Source: Candidatus Cloacimonadales bacterium (GTDB taxonomy: Bacteria; Cloacimonadota; Cloacimonadia; Cloacimonadales; DAONDQ01). Taken from it: DNA of 64,000 nucleotides. The stretch spans positions 3,616,001 to 3,680,000 of the forward strand of contig OY759316.1 of assembly GCA_963662275.1 (NCBI GenBank), written 5' to 3'. Of the stretch, positions 39,878 through 50,973 are shown piece after piece. Position 1 is the stretch's first letter; every line of letters begins with the position of its first letter. The position numbers were made by a program, and so were the translations under genes. The notes beneath the pieces are model-generated. The model made no database searches. It saw only the letters and a program-made list of their open reading frames with translations, and had not been told where the DNA came from.

Positions 39878-41182
39878 TTATGAATTCCTTCCTCTAAGTT
39901 TCCCTTTTTTCATAAATCCTTCATAATGTCTCATTACGAGATGCGATTCTATCTGTTGCAACGTATCCAGAGCTACACCTACGACAATGATCAATCCTGT
40001 TCCACCAAAATAGAACGGAAGGTTTGCCCACTTGGACATGAATTCAGGCATAACAGCAATGAAGGCAAAGAATATTGCACCTGGAAGTGTGATACGGGTA
40101 AGAACAGTATTAATATAATCTGCAGTCTTCTTACCGGGTACCTTTCCGGGAATGAATCCACCGTAACGTTTCATATTTTCTGCCATATCGGTTGGATTCA
40201 GTACGATAGCTGTATAGAAATATGCAAAGAAAATGATCATTGATACATACAGAATCGTGTATAGTGCCGCACCCGGTGACAACCAGCGAACGATCAGGCT
40301 TTCCTGTCCATTCGGGAATAAGGCTGCAATTGTACGAGGAAACAATATCACGGACTGTGCAAAAATGATTGGAATTACACCGGCAGTATTTACGCGTAAT
40401 GGAATGAACGTGCTTTGCCCGCCGTAAACGCGTCTGCCAACAATTCGTTTTGCATATTGAACAGGGATTTTTCGAGTAGCTTCCGTCACCAGGATAACTG
40501 ACGCTGTCACAAGTACCATAACAGCTAGTGTTATGAGTGCTAACAAGACATTCATAGATCCGGTGCGAACCATATCAAACATTTGAAGAAATCCCTTGGG
40601 ATAACGTGCAATGATACCAGCGAATATGATCAATGAGATTCCGTTTCCAATGCCGCGTTCTGTAATTTGCTCACCAATCCACATAACAAGCATTGTTCCG
40701 GTTACCATAGACACCATTGAAGTGAACATGAAAACTCCCTTTGATAAAGGAGTTATCCCGGGAATGGAAAGCAAGAAGAGAGTGATACCAATTGAATTGA
40801 ATGCTGAGATTCCAACCGTACCATAACGAGTAATCTGATTGATCTTCTTCTGACCTTCTGCACCTTCCTTCTTTAATTTCTCAAAGTAAGGTACAATACT
40901 ACCTAGCAATTGAATCACAATGGATGCAGTAATATAAGGCATAATGCCAAGTGCAAAAATGGATGCACGTTCAAAGTTTCCACCAACAAACAGGTCATAC
41001 AATCCAAATAAAGTATTCCCTTGAGATGCCATACCGGCAAAATAGGTTTTTAATATGGATGTGTCTACCCCAGGAGTTGGAATAAAACTACCTATACGAT
41101 AGAGAATGAGCATAAGCCCTGTAAAAAGGATCTTCTTTTTCAGATCCGGTATCTTAAAGACATTGGTAATCGTTTGTAACAA
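39878..41182 (-). CDS. secY: Preprotein translocase SecY
   Basis: SIFALGIMPYITASI, GIGNGISLIIF, GGTGLIIVVGV; TTG start. Confidence 0.98.
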   Translation of the reverse strand: MLQTITNVFKIPDLKKKILFTGLMLILYRIGSFIPTPGVDTSILKTYFAGMASQGNTLFGLYDLFVGGNFERASIFALGIMPYITASIVIQLLGSIVPYFEKLKKEGAEGQKKINQITRYGTVGISAFNSIGITLFLLSIPGITPLSKGVFMFTSMVSMVTGTMLVMWIGEQITERGIGNGISLIIFAGIIARYPKGFLQMFDMVRTGSMNVLLALITLAVMVLVTASVILVTEATRKIPVQYAKRIVGRRVYGGQSTFIPLRVNTAGVIPIIFAQSVILFPRTIAALFPNGQESLIVRWLSPGAALYTILYVSMIIFFAYFYTAIVLNPTDMAENMKRYGGFIPGKVPGKKTADYINTVLTRITLPGAIFFAFIAVMPEFMSKWANLPFYFGGTGLIIVVGVALDTLQQIESHLVMRHYEGFMKKGKLRGRNS

Positions 41183-41183
41183 G

Positions 41184-41639
41184 TTACACTACCTCCGCTT
41201 TTCCACCATTTTGTTCGATCATTTCAATCGCTTTTTTGGAAAAAGCATTGGCTTGAATATGAATTTTTTTATTAAAAGTCCCGTCAAGTTTTGCTAATAT
41301 CTTCACTGGATATTTAGACACATGACCGGAGTTAGGTACTAAACCAAATTCTTCCATTTTTTTAATGGTTAATTCTTCCACTTCGAGATCCTGGATTTTC
41401 GCCAAGTTCACAATACGGAAATGAATTTTGAATATATTTACGAAACCGCGTTTTGGTAAACGACGCTGGATTGGCATTTGACCGCCTTCAAATCCTTTCG
41501 GAACGGTACCACCGGCACGAGCTTTTCTTCCCTTATGACCTTTACCAGCTTGTTTGCCTTGTCCTGTTCCCTGTCCCTTTCCCAAACGCTTCTTATCTTT
41601 CTTTGTATCGGGACGTTCCATTGTATGTAGTGATAACAT
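41184..41639 (-). CDS. rplO: 50S ribosomal protein L15
   Basis: GFEGGQMPIQRRLPKRGF. Confidence 0.97.
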   Translation of the reverse strand: MLSLHTMERPDTKKDKKRLGKGQGTGQGKQAGKGHKGRKARAGGTVPKGFEGGQMPIQRRLPKRGFVNIFKIHFRIVNLAKIQDLEVEELTIKKMEEFGLVPNSGHVSKYPVKILAKLDGTFNKKIHIQANAFSKKAIEMIEQNGGKAEVV

Positions 41640-41659
41640 TCAAATCTCCTTTGATCTTC

Positions 41660-41845
41660 TTAAGCTTCTTCTACCGGTTCAACTTTGACCATGTAGGAGA
41701 CTTTATTGATCATTCCACGGATAACGGGATTATCTTCATGAATACGAGATTTCCCGATTCTGCCTAAACCAAGAGATTTAGCCACGCGACAATGATTTTC
41801 TTTGCGACCAATACAGCTTTTCATTTGGATCACTTTTATCTTCAT
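41660..41845 (-). CDS. rpmD: 50S ribosomal protein L30
   Basis: KSCIG...LGL...IRGMINKV; position between rpsE and rplO. Confidence 0.95.
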   Translation of the reverse strand: MKIKVIQMKSCIGRKENHCRVAKSLGLGRIGKSRIHEDNPVIRGMINKVSYMVKVEPVEEA

Positions 41846-42366
41846 TTTTCCTCCTGTCCCGTTAATTGGGCGACAGTTTTGCCTCGATTTCGGGCAGCTT
41901 GAGAAACCGTACGAAGTTCTTTTAATCCGATTACTGTAGCTTTCACAACATTCGCCGGAGTATTTGACCCCAAGGATTTACAAAGAATGTTCTCAATACC
42001 TGCTGCTTCAAAGATAGCACGAGCCGTTCCACCGGCAATAACACCGGTACCGGGACGGGCTGGTTTCATCATGACACGACTGGCTCCAAATCTTCCGATC
42101 ATTTCATGAGGAATCGTTCCTTTGACTAATGGAATTGAAAACATTAATTTCATCGCTTTATCTTTAGCCTTACGAATCGCATCTACGATTTCATTTGCTT
42201 TTCCTGTTCCGACACCGACATTGCCTTTGCGATCTCCCACAACAACAATAGCGCTAAAACTAAAGTTCCTACCACCTTTCACAACTTTCGCCACACGCTT
42301 GGTGTCAATGATCTTTTCGATCATTAATTCTTGTTCGTCATTTTGCATTCTGTTGTCTTGACTCAA
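41842..42366 (-). CDS. rpsE: 30S ribosomal protein S5
   Basis: [26 protein letters not shown] start. Confidence 0.98.
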   Translation of the reverse strand: MSQDNRMQNDEQELMIEKIIDTKRVAKVVKGGRNFSFSAIVVVGDRKGNVGVGTGKANEIVDAIRKAKDKAMKLMFSIPLVKGTIPHEMIGRFGASRVMMKPARPGTGVIAGGTARAIFEAAGIENILCKSLGSNTPANVVKATVIGLKELRTVSQAARNRGKTVAQLTGQEEK

Positions 42367-42377
42367 GTTGTCCTCCT

Positions 42378-42752
42378 TTAGAACTCTAATCCGGCTTTAC
42401 GGGCACCATCAGCCAACGCCTTTACGCGTCCGTGATACTGGTAACCTGAGCGGTCGAAAGAAACTTGTTTGATTCCGGCAGCTAAAGCTTTCTGGGCAAT
42501 GAGTTCACCAATCTTAAAGCTTTTTGCTGCTTTCTTTTCTTTGGCATTTATTTCAATATCTTTGGATACTGTTGAAACAGCAACCAGTGTTTTGCCAACT
42601 GTATCATCAATTATTTGAGCATAGATATGCTTCAAGCTACGAAAAACGACCAGGCGTGGTCTTTCAGTGGTTCCTGATAAGCGCTTCCGGATGTACAATT
42701 TTCTCCGTGATCTTTTTTCATGCTTAGTAATGTATGCAGGTTTTACCATCAT
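42378..42752 (-). CDS. rplR: 50S ribosomal protein L18
   Basis: [25 protein letters not shown]. Confidence 0.97.
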   Translation of the reverse strand: MMVKPAYITKHEKRSRRKLYIRKRLSGTTERPRLVVFRSLKHIYAQIIDDTVGKTLVAVSTVSKDIEINAKEKKAAKSFKIGELIAQKALAAGIKQVSFDRSGYQYHGRVKALADGARKAGLEF

Positions 42753-42760
42753 AGACTCCC

Positions 42761-43333
42761 TTACTTCGACCCGGCTTTTCCAGCTTTGATAATCACAACT
42801 TCATCTGCATATCGGACGCCCTTCCCTTTGTAATTTTCAGGAGGTCTGCAAGCTCTTACTTCAGCCGCAAATTTGCCGATATCTTCTTTATTAATACCTT
42901 TAATACGAACAATACTGTTCAAGTCAGCTTTTGAACCCTTACTCCTGGGAACAGCTTCAACAACAACAGTGATTCCTTTCGGAACCTGTAATAGAATATC
43001 ATGTGAGAAACCCAAGGCTAATTTGACCCATGGTCCGATCTTTTCAGCATTATAACCGGTTCCAATAACATGCAGAACCTTTTCATAACCGGCTGAAACA
43101 CCAGTAACCATATTATTGACCAATGCGCGGGTCAAACCATGAAGGGCGCGTTGCTGACGAGTGTCGTTCTCACGTTTGATATGGATGACAGATTCTTCCA
43201 TTTCAGCAGTAATCCCTTGGTTGAATTGATATTGAAGTGAACCTAAAGGTCCATCGACTTTCATCAATCCATCTTGATAATTAATCTTCACACCCTGGGG
43301 AATCTGAATAGGAGCTTTTCCAATTCTTGACAC
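42761..43333 (-). CDS. rplF: 50S ribosomal protein L6
   Basis: [22 protein letters not shown] start. Confidence 0.97.
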   Translation of the reverse strand: MSRIGKAPIQIPQGVKINYQDGLMKVDGPLGSLQYQFNQGITAEMEESVIHIKRENDTRQQRALHGLTRALVNNMVTGVSAGYEKVLHVIGTGYNAEKIGPWVKLALGFSHDILLQVPKGITVVVEAVPRSKGSKADLNSIVRIKGINKEDIGKFAAEVRACRPPENYKGKGVRYADEVVIIKAGKAGSK

Positions 43334-43342
43334 GTTACCCTC

Positions 43343-43756
43343 CTACCAGACCTTACAGACGTATTCACCGCCGATATTGGCAGCTCTTGCGTCACGATCA
43401 ACCATCACACCTCTACTCGAAGTGATAATAGCCAGACCTATATGGTTATAAACAGAAGGTAGATTATCAGATTTGACATACACTCTTCGACCTGGTTTGG
43501 AAATCCGTTGGATTCCACGGAGAATGGGCTTACCATTGTTCGTATAGCGTAAATTCAATGTAATCTTACGTCTTTCAATTTTTTTAGCGGGATCTCTTTC
43601 AATGATTTGATAACTATTTATGAAATTCTCTTCCGCCAGTATTTTTACTATAGACTCAGTCAGGCGATTGTGATTAACGATCACCTGAGTATGTCCGGCA
43701 CGATATGCATTGCGAATTTTTGTCAATGCATCAGCTATCGGATCGCACACGCTCAT
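43343..43756 (-). CDS. rpsH: 30S ribosomal protein S8
   Basis: DPIADALTKIRNA, ISKPGRRVY, GGEYVC. Confidence 0.97.
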   Translation of the reverse strand: MSVCDPIADALTKIRNAYRAGHTQVIVNHNRLTESIVKILAEENFINSYQIIERDPAKKIERRKITLNLRYTNNGKPILRGIQRISKPGRRVYVKSDNLPSVYNHIGLAIITSSRGVMVDRDARAANIGGEYVCKVW

Positions 43757-43770
43757 CTTATTTCTCCTCT

Positions 43771-43956
43771 TTACCAGCTTGCTCTGGTGATTCCAGGGAT
43801 TTGACCCGTGGATGCATACTTACGGAAGCATAAACGACACATACCAAAATCTCTCAGGTAAGCTCGGGCTCTTCCACAAACCATGCAGCGGTTATATTTC
43901 CGTACTGCGAACTTCGGCGTTCTACTTTGCTTGATAGTCCATGATTTTTTTGCCAA
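43771..43956 (-). CDS. rpsN: 30S ribosomal protein S14, type Z (Zn-binding)
   Basis: 61 aa, RCMVCGR...MCRLCFR; TTG start. Confidence 0.97.
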   Translation of the reverse strand: MAKKSWTIKQSRTPKFAVRKYNRCMVCGRARAYLRDFGMCRLCFRKYASTGQIPGITRASW

Positions 43957-43969
43957 GTTCTACTCCTTG

Positions 43970-44512
43970 TTAATTTTTCTGGAATGGAACACCCAGCGCG
44001 CGGAGAAGCTCTCTGGCTTCTTCATCATTTTTCGCTGTGGTGACGATCGTTATGTTCATACCGCGTACTGCATCGATCTTATCATAGTCGATTTCAGGGA
44101 ACACGGTCTGTTCTTTAATACCGATAGAATAGTTGCCGCGACCATCAAATGAATGCAAGGGAATTCCCTTAAAATCACGGATTCGAGGCATTACAATACT
44201 AACCAAACGATCCAGGAATTCATACATGATTTCATCACGTAAAGTAACTTTTGCCCCAATGGGCATACCTTGACGTAATTTGAAATTGGATATGGATTTC
44301 TTGGCTTTGGTGATGATCGGTTTACGTCCTGTTATTGTCTCCAGATCTTTGATAGCATTGTCGAGAAGAGCTTTGTTTTGGGTGGCTATTCCCACTCCCA
44401 TGCTAACAACAATTCGATCAACCTTCGGAACCATATTTACGTTTTTGTATTCGAATTTCTTGATCAAAGTAGGAATGACCTCTTTCCGGTAGCTTTCTTT
44501 CATGCGATTCAT
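43970..44512 (-). CDS. rplE: 50S ribosomal protein L5
   Basis: [26 protein letters not shown]. Confidence 0.98.
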   Translation of the reverse strand: MNRMKESYRKEVIPTLIKKFEYKNVNMVPKVDRIVVSMGVGIATQNKALLDNAIKDLETITGRKPIITKAKKSISNFKLRQGMPIGAKVTLRDEIMYEFLDRLVSIVMPRIRDFKGIPLHSFDGRGNYSIGIKEQTVFPEIDYDKIDAVRGMNITIVTTAKNDEEARELLRALGVPFQKN

Positions 44513-44522
44513 GTCCTACTCC

Positions 44523-44858
44523 TTATAATTCGTCACCGGTCTTTTGACAGACACGGATACGTTTGCCATCCACTTCTTTGAAGACAGCTCTTGTCACATC
44601 ATGGATCTTCTCATTGAATATCATGAGATTGGATACATGAATCGGAGCTTCCTTGGTGACAATGCCACCTTGCGGATTGCGTTGATTCGCTTTCGTATGT
44701 TTTTTGATAAAATTGACTTTTTCCACGATCACTCTCTGGGTTTTTGGAAAAGCTTTCAGGACTTTCCCTTTTACACCTTTATAAGGACCGGTGATCACGA
44801 CAACATTATCGCCTTTCTTAATTCTCATTTTTGTAGTTGTGCTTATCTTCGTGTTCAT
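44523..44858 (-). CDS. rplX: 50S ribosomal protein L24
   Basis: IKKGDNVVVITG, GGIVTKEAPIHVSN. Confidence 0.97.
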   Translation of the reverse strand: MNTKISTTTKMRIKKGDNVVVITGPYKGVKGKVLKAFPKTQRVIVEKVNFIKKHTKANQRNPQGGIVTKEAPIHVSNLMIFNEKIHDVTRAVFKEVDGKRIRVCQKTGDEL

Positions 44859-44866
44859 TTCCTCTC

Positions 44867-45235
44867 CTAAAGTACTTCCGGTGCAAGTGAGATGATCTTG
44901 GTGAAATGATTTTCTCTCAATTCACGGGCAACTGGTCCAAAAATACGTGTACCTTTGGGTTCACCTTTATCATCAATGATCACGGCAGCGTTGTCTTCAA
45001 AACGGATATATGTACCATCCGGACGACGGACTTCTTTGGAAGTGCGGACGATCACGGCTTTTTCCACAGTGCCTTTTTTTACTTTGCCACCTGGAGTAGC
45101 AGATTTGATTGCAATCACGATGATATCACCGATGGTTGCATATCTTCTGCCTGTACCGCCCAGAACCTTAATACACATGGCTTTCTTGGCACCTGAATTA
45201 TCCGCGATATTCAATATGGTTTGTACTTGAATCAT
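44867..45235 (-). CDS. rplN: 50S ribosomal protein L14
   Basis: [26 protein letters not shown]. Confidence 0.98.
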   Translation of the reverse strand: MIQVQTILNIADNSGAKKAMCIKVLGGTGRRYATIGDIIVIAIKSATPGGKVKKGTVEKAVIVRTSKEVRRPDGTYIRFEDNAAVIIDDKGEPKGTRIFGPVARELRENHFTKIISLAPEVL

Positions 45236-45247
45236 CTCCCCGTCTCC

Positions 45248-45502
45248 TTATTTACTGCGTTCGACTATCTTGGAGAGGATCCAGCGTTTGCTGTGACTTA
45301 AAGGTCTGTGTTCCTGGATGAGAACCACATCACCTTTCTTCGCTTCATTCTCCTCATCATGTGCCATGAATTTCTTATGGCGTCTGACGGTCTTTTTATA
45401 CAAGGGATGAATGAACTGGCGTTCGACACGGACGACGACCGTTTTATCCATTTTATCACTAACGACCACTCCCTGCTTGGTTACTTTTCTACCTTCAGCC
45501 AT
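45248..45502 (-). CDS. rpsQ: 30S ribosomal protein S17
   Basis: [21 protein letters not shown]. Confidence 0.97.
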   Translation of the reverse strand: MAEGRKVTKQGVVVSDKMDKTVVVRVERQFIHPLYKKTVRRHKKFMAHDEENEAKKGDVVLIQEHRPLSHSKRWILSKIVERSK

Positions 45503-45504
45503 GG

Positions 45505-45702
45505 TTAACCTCTTGCCTTCGTTTTTTCCGTGATGATAGTCTTGATCCGGGCTATCTCCTTTCTCGCAAGACGGAGACGTGCAGGATTATCGAGTAAATT
45601 CTTGGCTTTCTGAAAGCGAAGATTAAATAACTCGGTCTGATTCTGTTCTATTTTCCGGTTCAATTCTTCCACGGTCATATCACGTAATTCCTGAGCCTTC
45701 AT
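45505..45702 (-). CDS. rpmC: 50S ribosomal protein L29
   Basis: [17 protein letters not shown]. Confidence 0.96.
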   Translation of the reverse strand: MKAQELRDMTVEELNRKIEQNQTELFNLRFQKAKNLLDNPARLRLARKEIARIKTIITEKTKARG

Positions 45703-46118
45703 AACTCTACTCCTTCGCGTGATATCATCTTCGTCTTGATGGGTAATTTATGACTGGCTAACCGCATTGCTTCTTTTGCCAAAGTCAAGTCAACACCTTC
45801 TATTTCAAATAGAATGCGACCTGGTTTGATTACGGCTACCCAATATTCCGGAGCACCTTTGCCTTTTCCCATACGGGTTTCGGCTGGCTTTTGCGTAACT
45901 GGCTTATCCGGGAATATCCGAATCCATACTTTACCTACTCTCTTCATATGACGAGTGATAGCGATACGAGCTGCTTCAATCTGGCGACTCGAAAGCCATG
46001 CATCTTCTAGTGCGATTAAACCATAATCGCCGAAGTTCATGTCACTTCCTCTATATGCCAAACCGGTGCGACGCCCGCGCATCTGTTTTCTAAATTTTAC
46101 CTTTTTTGGTGCTAACAT
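45699..46118 (-). CDS. rplP: 50S ribosomal protein L16
   Basis: Start corrected to [11 protein letters not shown] (ATG 46118, RBS AAGGAG); ETRMGKGKG. Confidence 0.97.
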   Translation of the reverse strand: MLAPKKVKFRKQMRGRRTGLAYRGSDMNFGDYGLIALEDAWLSSRQIEAARIAITRHMKRVGKVWIRIFPDKPVTQKPAETRMGKGKGAPEYWVAVIKPGRILFEIEGVDLTLAKEAMRLASHKLPIKTKMISREGVEL

Positions 46119-46128
46119 AATTCGCTCC

Positions 46129-46776
46129 TTAATCCAAGATGTCGCCCTTGTAGATCCAAACCTTGATGCCGATGACACCGTAGGTTGTATTGGCTTCTAC
46201 GAGAGCGTAGTCAATGTCGGCACGAAGTGTATGCAGCGGGGTACGTCCCTGCTTATAGCGTTCCGTGCGTGCGATTTCAGCACCACCCAAACGTCCCGAC
46301 ACCTGGACTTTCACACCCAGGGCACCGTCACGCATTACATTACGTATCGCTGATTTCATGGCACGACGGAAAGAAACGCGTTCTTCCAACTGACGGGAAA
46401 TATCCCTGCCAACCAAGTGTGCATCAAGATACATCTTTTCTATTTCCTGGATATTGATGAAAACCGTGATTGGTGCCTTGCGATTCTTATTAATCAGCAC
46501 ATTCAGTTCATTACGCAGAGATTCGATCTCCGCGCCTTTTTTTCCGATCACTTGACCGGGGCGTGCTGTATGTAGATCAATGGTAATCGAATTCGTCTTA
46601 CGAGAAATAGAGACCTTAGAGATCATCTGTTCTTTCAGACGTTTCATGAGATAACCACGAATCTTTAAATCTTCGTGTAAGTTTGCTACGTAATTGGCTC
46701 CATTGGCAAACCAAATTGAATCAGTCTGCTTATTTATGCCTATACGAAATAGAATTGGATTAATCTTTTGTCCCAA
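46129..46776 (-). CDS. rpsC: 30S ribosomal protein S3
   Basis: [41 protein letters not shown] start. Confidence 0.98.
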   Translation of the reverse strand: MGQKINPILFRIGINKQTDSIWFANGANYVANLHEDLKIRGYLMKRLKEQMISKVSISRKTNSITIDLHTARPGQVIGKKGAEIESLRNELNVLINKNRKAPITVFINIQEIEKMYLDAHLVGRDISRQLEERVSFRRAMKSAIRNVMRDGALGVKVQVSGRLGGAEIARTERYKQGRTPLHTLRADIDYALVEANTTYGVIGIKVWIYKGDILD

Positions 46777-46785
46777 GCGCTCCTC

Positions 46786-47124
46786 CTATTCCTTTTCTCT
46801 GAGTTCGAGGGTAATATGGCATGTCCGGCGACGTATCAGGTACGCACGTCCCTGCGCCCGAGGCATGTATCTTTTCATGATTGGACCTTCGTCAGCAAAT
46901 GCCTTATCAACAATCAGATCTTTGGCAGCGATCTTCGAATTCTTGAAAGTGGCGTTTGCGAGTGCTGAATCTAATAATTTCCCGATGCTTTCTGATGCGC
47001 GCTTTGTCGAAAAATGCAATATATGCTGTGCATCATCGACATTTTTACCGCGGATAATATCCAGAACTAAACGCGCTTTCCTGGCAGAACCACGGGAATG
47101 TTTCAATATGGCTTTAGCTTCCAT
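46786..47124 (-). CDS. rplV: 50S ribosomal protein L22
   Basis: SARKARLV, PRAQGRA. Confidence 0.97.
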   Translation of the reverse strand: MEAKAILKHSRGSARKARLVLDIIRGKNVDDAQHILHFSTKRASESIGKLLDSALANATFKNSKIAAKDLIVDKAFADEGPIMKRYMPRAQGRAYLIRRRTCHITLELREKE

Positions 47125-47144
47125 TCTTTATCTCCTTGTTCTAC

Positions 47145-47423
47145 CTATTTAGTGGTTTTTTTCTTCTTTTCTTTGTGACCGCGATAGGTTCTGGTGGGAG
47201 AAAATTCTCCAAGTTTATGACCGACCATATTTTCCGTGACATAGACAGGTACAAATTTGTGTCCATTATGAACAGCAAAGGTATGACCGATAAAATCAGG
47301 AATCACAACGGAACGGCGAGACCATGTCTTAACGACTGACTTTTTATTATCGAGATTCAATACTTCCACTTTCTTGAGAAGGTGATCATCTACAAATGGG
47401 CCTTTTTTAATGGATCTTGACAT
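47145..47423 (-). CDS. rpsS: 30S ribosomal protein S19
   Basis: [25 protein letters not shown]. Confidence 0.98.
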   Translation of the reverse strand: MSRSIKKGPFVDDHLLKKVEVLNLDNKKSVVKTWSRRSVVIPDFIGHTFAVHNGHKFVPVYVTENMVGHKLGEFSPTRTYRGHKEKKKKTTK

Positions 47424-47440
47424 TTCCTCTTCCTCCTTCT

Positions 47441-48268
47441 CTACTTCTTTCTCGATTTGATGATGTACTTGTTAGAGTATTTCTTCTTCGGACGGGTTTT
47501 CCCGCCTTTAGCTAGCTTACCCCAAGGAGATACTGGATGACGTCCACCGGATGTCTTTCCTTCTCCACCACCCATCGGATGATCAACGGGATTCATCACA
47601 ACACCGCGAACGGTGGGGCGTGTGCCTAACCAACGATTACGTCCTGCTTTACCTATCTTGATCAGGTTGTGTTCAATGTTTCCTACCTGACCCATCGTGG
47701 CATAGCATTCCTTGCGAACTAGGTGAACATCGTTGGATGGCATCTTAACATGTACATAATTTCCCTCTTTGGCTACAACCTGACCATATGTTCCGGCTGA
47801 ACGGGCAATCTGTCCGCCCCTGCCTGGCTTCAATTCAATGTTGTGAACCACAGAACCTAAGGGAATACGTTCCAGCGGTAAGGCATTACCTACTGTAATT
47901 TCAGCTTCAGGACCTGCCAGAAGCTTGACACCGACTTTCAAGCCGTCCGGAGCCAGGATGTAGCGTTTTTCTCCATCAACGTAATGAAGAAGTGCGATAC
48001 GGGCTGAACGGTTCGGGTCGTATTCAATAGAGGCTACTACCGCAGGAATACTGCGTTTATTGCGTTTAAAATCGATAATACGGTAATGACGTTTATGACC
48101 ACCACCAATGTGGCGAGTCGTGATACGTCCCTGGTTATTACGTCCACCGGTTTTATGTAAAGGCATAAGTAATGATTTTTCCGGTGTTGTCTTCGTAATT
48201 TCTTCGAAGGTATAGCCAGTCTTGAACCGCATTGTCGGAGTGATCGGTTTGTACTTTTTAATTCCCAT
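47441..48268 (-). CDS. rplB: 50S ribosomal protein L2
   Basis: [26 protein letters not shown]. Confidence 0.98.
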   Translation of the reverse strand: MGIKKYKPITPTMRFKTGYTFEEITKTTPEKSLLMPLHKTGGRNNQGRITTRHIGGGHKRHYRIIDFKRNKRSIPAVVASIEYDPNRSARIALLHYVDGEKRYILAPDGLKVGVKLLAGPEAEITVGNALPLERIPLGSVVHNIELKPGRGGQIARSAGTYGQVVAKEGNYVHVKMPSNDVHLVRKECYATMGQVGNIEHNLIKIGKAGRNRWLGTRPTVRGVVMNPVDHPMGGGEGKTSGGRHPVSPWGKLAKGGKTRPKKKYSNKYIIKSRKK

Positions 48269-48277
48269 GATTACTCC

Positions 48278-48568
48278 TTATACTTCAAAATCGGCGATCT
48301 TGTCACCGGCTCTCAAAGTTACAATTGCTTTTTTCCAATCAGGCCTTCTGCCTTCATATTTACCTAGACGTTTTGGTTTACCTTTAACACGGATAGTGTT
48401 TACACTGAGCACATGTACTGTGAAAATATGCTCTATCGCTTTCTTAATCTCGATCTTGTTAGCATTGATACTCACCCGAAATGTATAGCAGTTTGTGGTT
48501 GCCATCATCTGGTTTGATTTTTCCGTTAAGATCGGAGCTACGATTATTTCTCTGGGATGGATTGTCAT
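48278..48568 (-). CDS. rplW: 50S ribosomal protein L23
   Basis: [22 protein letters not shown]. Confidence 0.97.
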   Translation of the reverse strand: MTIHPREIIVAPILTEKSNQMMATTNCYTFRVSINANKIEIKKAIEHIFTVHVLSVNTIRVKGKPKRLGKYEGRRPDWKKAIVTLRAGDKIADFEV

Positions 48569-49197
48569 GCGAATACCTCCTCAGCTTTTTTCAGTGCAGA
48601 TTCTGTCATAATGAGATATTGGCAGTTCAGGATTTCATAGGCATATAAACCATCAGCACGGTCACATTTCACTTTTTCTAAATTACGGAAGGAACGTACG
48701 ACAGGTAAATTATGTCCATCGGTAATGATTAATATTTTAGCAGTGGCACCAATCATCTTATTCAGGATTTCTTTGGCATCACGAGTGCTGGGTGTACTGA
48801 ACTGGAAATCTTCAACGATCAGTACCTGTCCATTTTTCGCCCGTTCAGATAAGGCAAGTTTCAGAGCCAATCTTTTCTTCTTTTTAGGAATTGGACGATA
48901 CCAGTCTTTTGGTACAATACCAAAAGCCATACCACCACCGACGCGAATAGGTGTGCGGCGCATACCGACTCGAGCATTGCCTGTTCCTTTTTGACGGAAC
49001 AGCTTGCGGTTACTCCCTGAGACCATGGAACGGTTCTTCTTACCGACAGTACCTTGACGCTGATTGGCATTATACATTTTAATAACTTCATAAATAAGTG
49101 TCTTCGGCTGGGCAGTTTCCACTTCGAATAATCCGGAGGGAAGAACCACTTTACCGATCTGTTCGCCCTGGGACGAATATTTTATTGCTTCTACCAT
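48565..49197 (-). CDS. rplD: 50S ribosomal protein L4
   Basis: [22 protein letters not shown]. Confidence 0.97.
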   Translation of the reverse strand: MVEAIKYSSQGEQIGKVVLPSGLFEVETAQPKTLIYEVIKMYNANQRQGTVGKKNRSMVSGSNRKLFRQKGTGNARVGMRRTPIRVGGGMAFGIVPKDWYRPIPKKKKRLALKLALSERAKNGQVLIVEDFQFSTPSTRDAKEILNKMIGATAKILIITDGHNLPVVRSFRNLEKVKCDRADGLYAYEILNCQYLIMTESALKKAEEVFA

Positions 49198-49209
49198 TCT
49201 TTCTCCCCG

Positions 49210-49833
49210 TTACTTCTCTTTGCGTAAGATCACAAGACTGTTACGATGCCCGGGTACTGCACCACGTATCATGATCAGGTTATTCTCTTCATCCACTTTC
49301 ACGATTTGAAGATTCTTCGTCGTGATGCGTGCATTTCCATGATGTCCAGCCATTTTCATACCCTTAAGCACACGTGATGGAGTTGCGCACATACCGATTG
49401 ATCCAGGTCCACGAAATGATTCATGAGAACCATGTGTTGAGATGAAGCCGGCAAAGTGATGACGTTTCATAACTCCGGTAAATCCACGACCCTTTGAAGT
49501 ACCGATTACATCGATGATTTCATGAGCTGCAAAAATACTGACCGTGATCATTTCCCCTTTTTCGACATCTGTGGGATCTTCTAAACTGAATTCACGAAGA
49601 TAACGATATGGTGCACTTTCATATTTCTTGAAATGACCAAGAAGAGGTTTTGTTACTCTGTGTTCTGCTCTTTCTTCAAAACCCAGTTGAACTGCACAAT
49701 AACCGTCTTTTTCAGGAGTTTTGACCTGGACGACTTTGCAGGGACCGGCTTTGATTAGAGTGACAGGAATGACTTTTCCATCTTTATCGAAGGTCTGGGT
49801 CATCCCGATTTTCTTTCCAATTAATCCTATCAT
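49210..49833 (-). CDS. rplC: 50S ribosomal protein L3
   Basis: [26 protein letters not shown]. Confidence 0.98.
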   Translation of the reverse strand: MIGLIGKKIGMTQTFDKDGKVIPVTLIKAGPCKVVQVKTPEKDGYCAVQLGFEERAEHRVTKPLLGHFKKYESAPYRYLREFSLEDPTDVEKGEMITVSIFAAHEIIDVIGTSKGRGFTGVMKRHHFAGFISTHGSHESFRGPGSIGMCATPSRVLKGMKMAGHHGNARITTKNLQIVKVDEENNLIMIRGAVPGHRNSLVILRKEK

Positions 49834-49835
49834 TT

Positions 49836-50165
49836 CTAACTCCTAACGTTCGCCTTGATCTCGACATGCACACCGGCGGGAAGACTAAGCTTCTTCAGTG
49901 CGGTTGTCGTTTGGGGAGTTGGATTGACAATATCAATCAGTCTTTTGTGTACGAGCATCTGAAATTGGTCCATGGACTTTTTGTCCACATGCGGGGAACG
50001 AAGAACTGTATAAATTGTTCTGTCCGTAGGTAATGGAATTGGTCCCACTACTTTGGCACCTGTGTTCTTCGTGCTTTTAATGATCTCTTGCACCGACTGA
50101 TCAAGCAAGCGATGATCATAAGCTTTCAATTTGATTCTGATGCGATTGTCGTTAGTGTTGCTCAC
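49836..50165 (-). CDS. rpsJ: 30S ribosomal protein S10
   Basis: [22 protein letters not shown]; probable GTG start at 50165 (RBS GGAGGT). Confidence 0.97.
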   Translation of the reverse strand: MSNTNDNRIRIKLKAYDHRLLDQSVQEIIKSTKNTGAKVVGPIPLPTDRTIYTVLRSPHVDKKSMDQFQMLVHKRLIDIVNPTPQTTTALKKLSLPAGVHVEIKANVRS

Positions 50166-50178
50166 CGACACCTCCACC

Positions 50179-50373
50179 TTATGATAAAATAAACGACTGA
50201 ACGCACAAATTACCCGACTGTAAAAAACGGATAGTTCTGTGGCGTCCTGTGTCTTTTAAAGATACAATGATACTGTAAGAATTGTGTTTCATTTGAAAAG
50301 ATGCTGCTTCCGGTAGCGGATTTCCGCTTACTCCGACAGCGCAATACTTCCCATGAAGTTTGCGTTGCGACAT
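50179..50373 (-). CDS. Possible 64-aa leader ORF of the S10 operon
   Basis: AGGAGG four nt before ATG; TAA abuts the rpsJ RBS; no recognised homology; overlaps hairpins. Confidence 0.4.
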   Translation of the reverse strand: MSQRKLHGKYCAVGVSGNPLPEAASFQMKHNSYSIIVSLKDTGRHRTIRFLQSGNLCVQSFILS

Positions 50374-50477
50374 GGTTCCTCCTAAAGATCTAAAAGCCCT
50401 GCATTTGTGGGCTTGTGCTCATGCCCGAAGGCACGTGATAAAATACTGAGTGTTAAAATTCCTATCTCATCGATATC

Positions 50478-50483
50478 TGTCAA
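50478..50483 (-). promoter_or_regulatory. Candidate -35 box of the S10 operon promoter
   Basis: Perfect TTGACA on the minus strand; no clear TATAAT at 17 nt. Confidence 0.45.
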
Positions 50484-50544
50484 ATTATTTCTGCTTTTTC
50501 TTTCTATATTTGAAAATAGTGAGGAAATTGATAACCAATTAATG

Positions 50545-50741
50545 GTAGCAACAACTTCAGTCGTTGGATCAACTGCCGTAGTTCGCGACCTCCGAGCGTG
50601 ATATAAGGCTGCCGGGACGTCAGCAACTACTGTTAGATTTTCCCCATTGAAATGGACTGATTTGATAAATCAAATCAACCAACGAATAAATTCGTTGCTA
50701 CGTTCGGCGCTGTATTCGGTCATTGAGCGAAGTCGAAATGC
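50545..50741. repeat. Nested GTAG REP doublets plus a GGTCATTGAGCGAAGTCGAAATGC unit
   Basis: Outer gtagcaac..gttgg (50545-50567) and ccaacg..gttgctac (50679-50701); inner gtagtt...aactac (50578-50630); third unit at 50718-50741. Confidence 0.75.
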
Positions 50742-50973
50742 CGGTGAAGAGAATACGTCCTCTAAAAGAGCACGTAGCACCATCAAATAGATGGCGCCCC
50801 AGAAAAAACGCTGTAAGTAAACTTGTTCTACGACTTCATTATTGATAATTTATCTTGGAATTTTCACATTATTTCTTGACTATGTAGATTGACATTGTAT
50901 TATTTATACCATATTCGTGTTAAATGAGTTTCGATAATTGTGATGTAATCAATCAATTCAAAAGAGGTAGATT

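Noticed and set aside
50296..50345. SRP RNA suggested by CCGGAAGCAGC on the minus strand
   Set aside because: Lacks the preceding TCAGG and GNRA-capped helix 8 arrangement.
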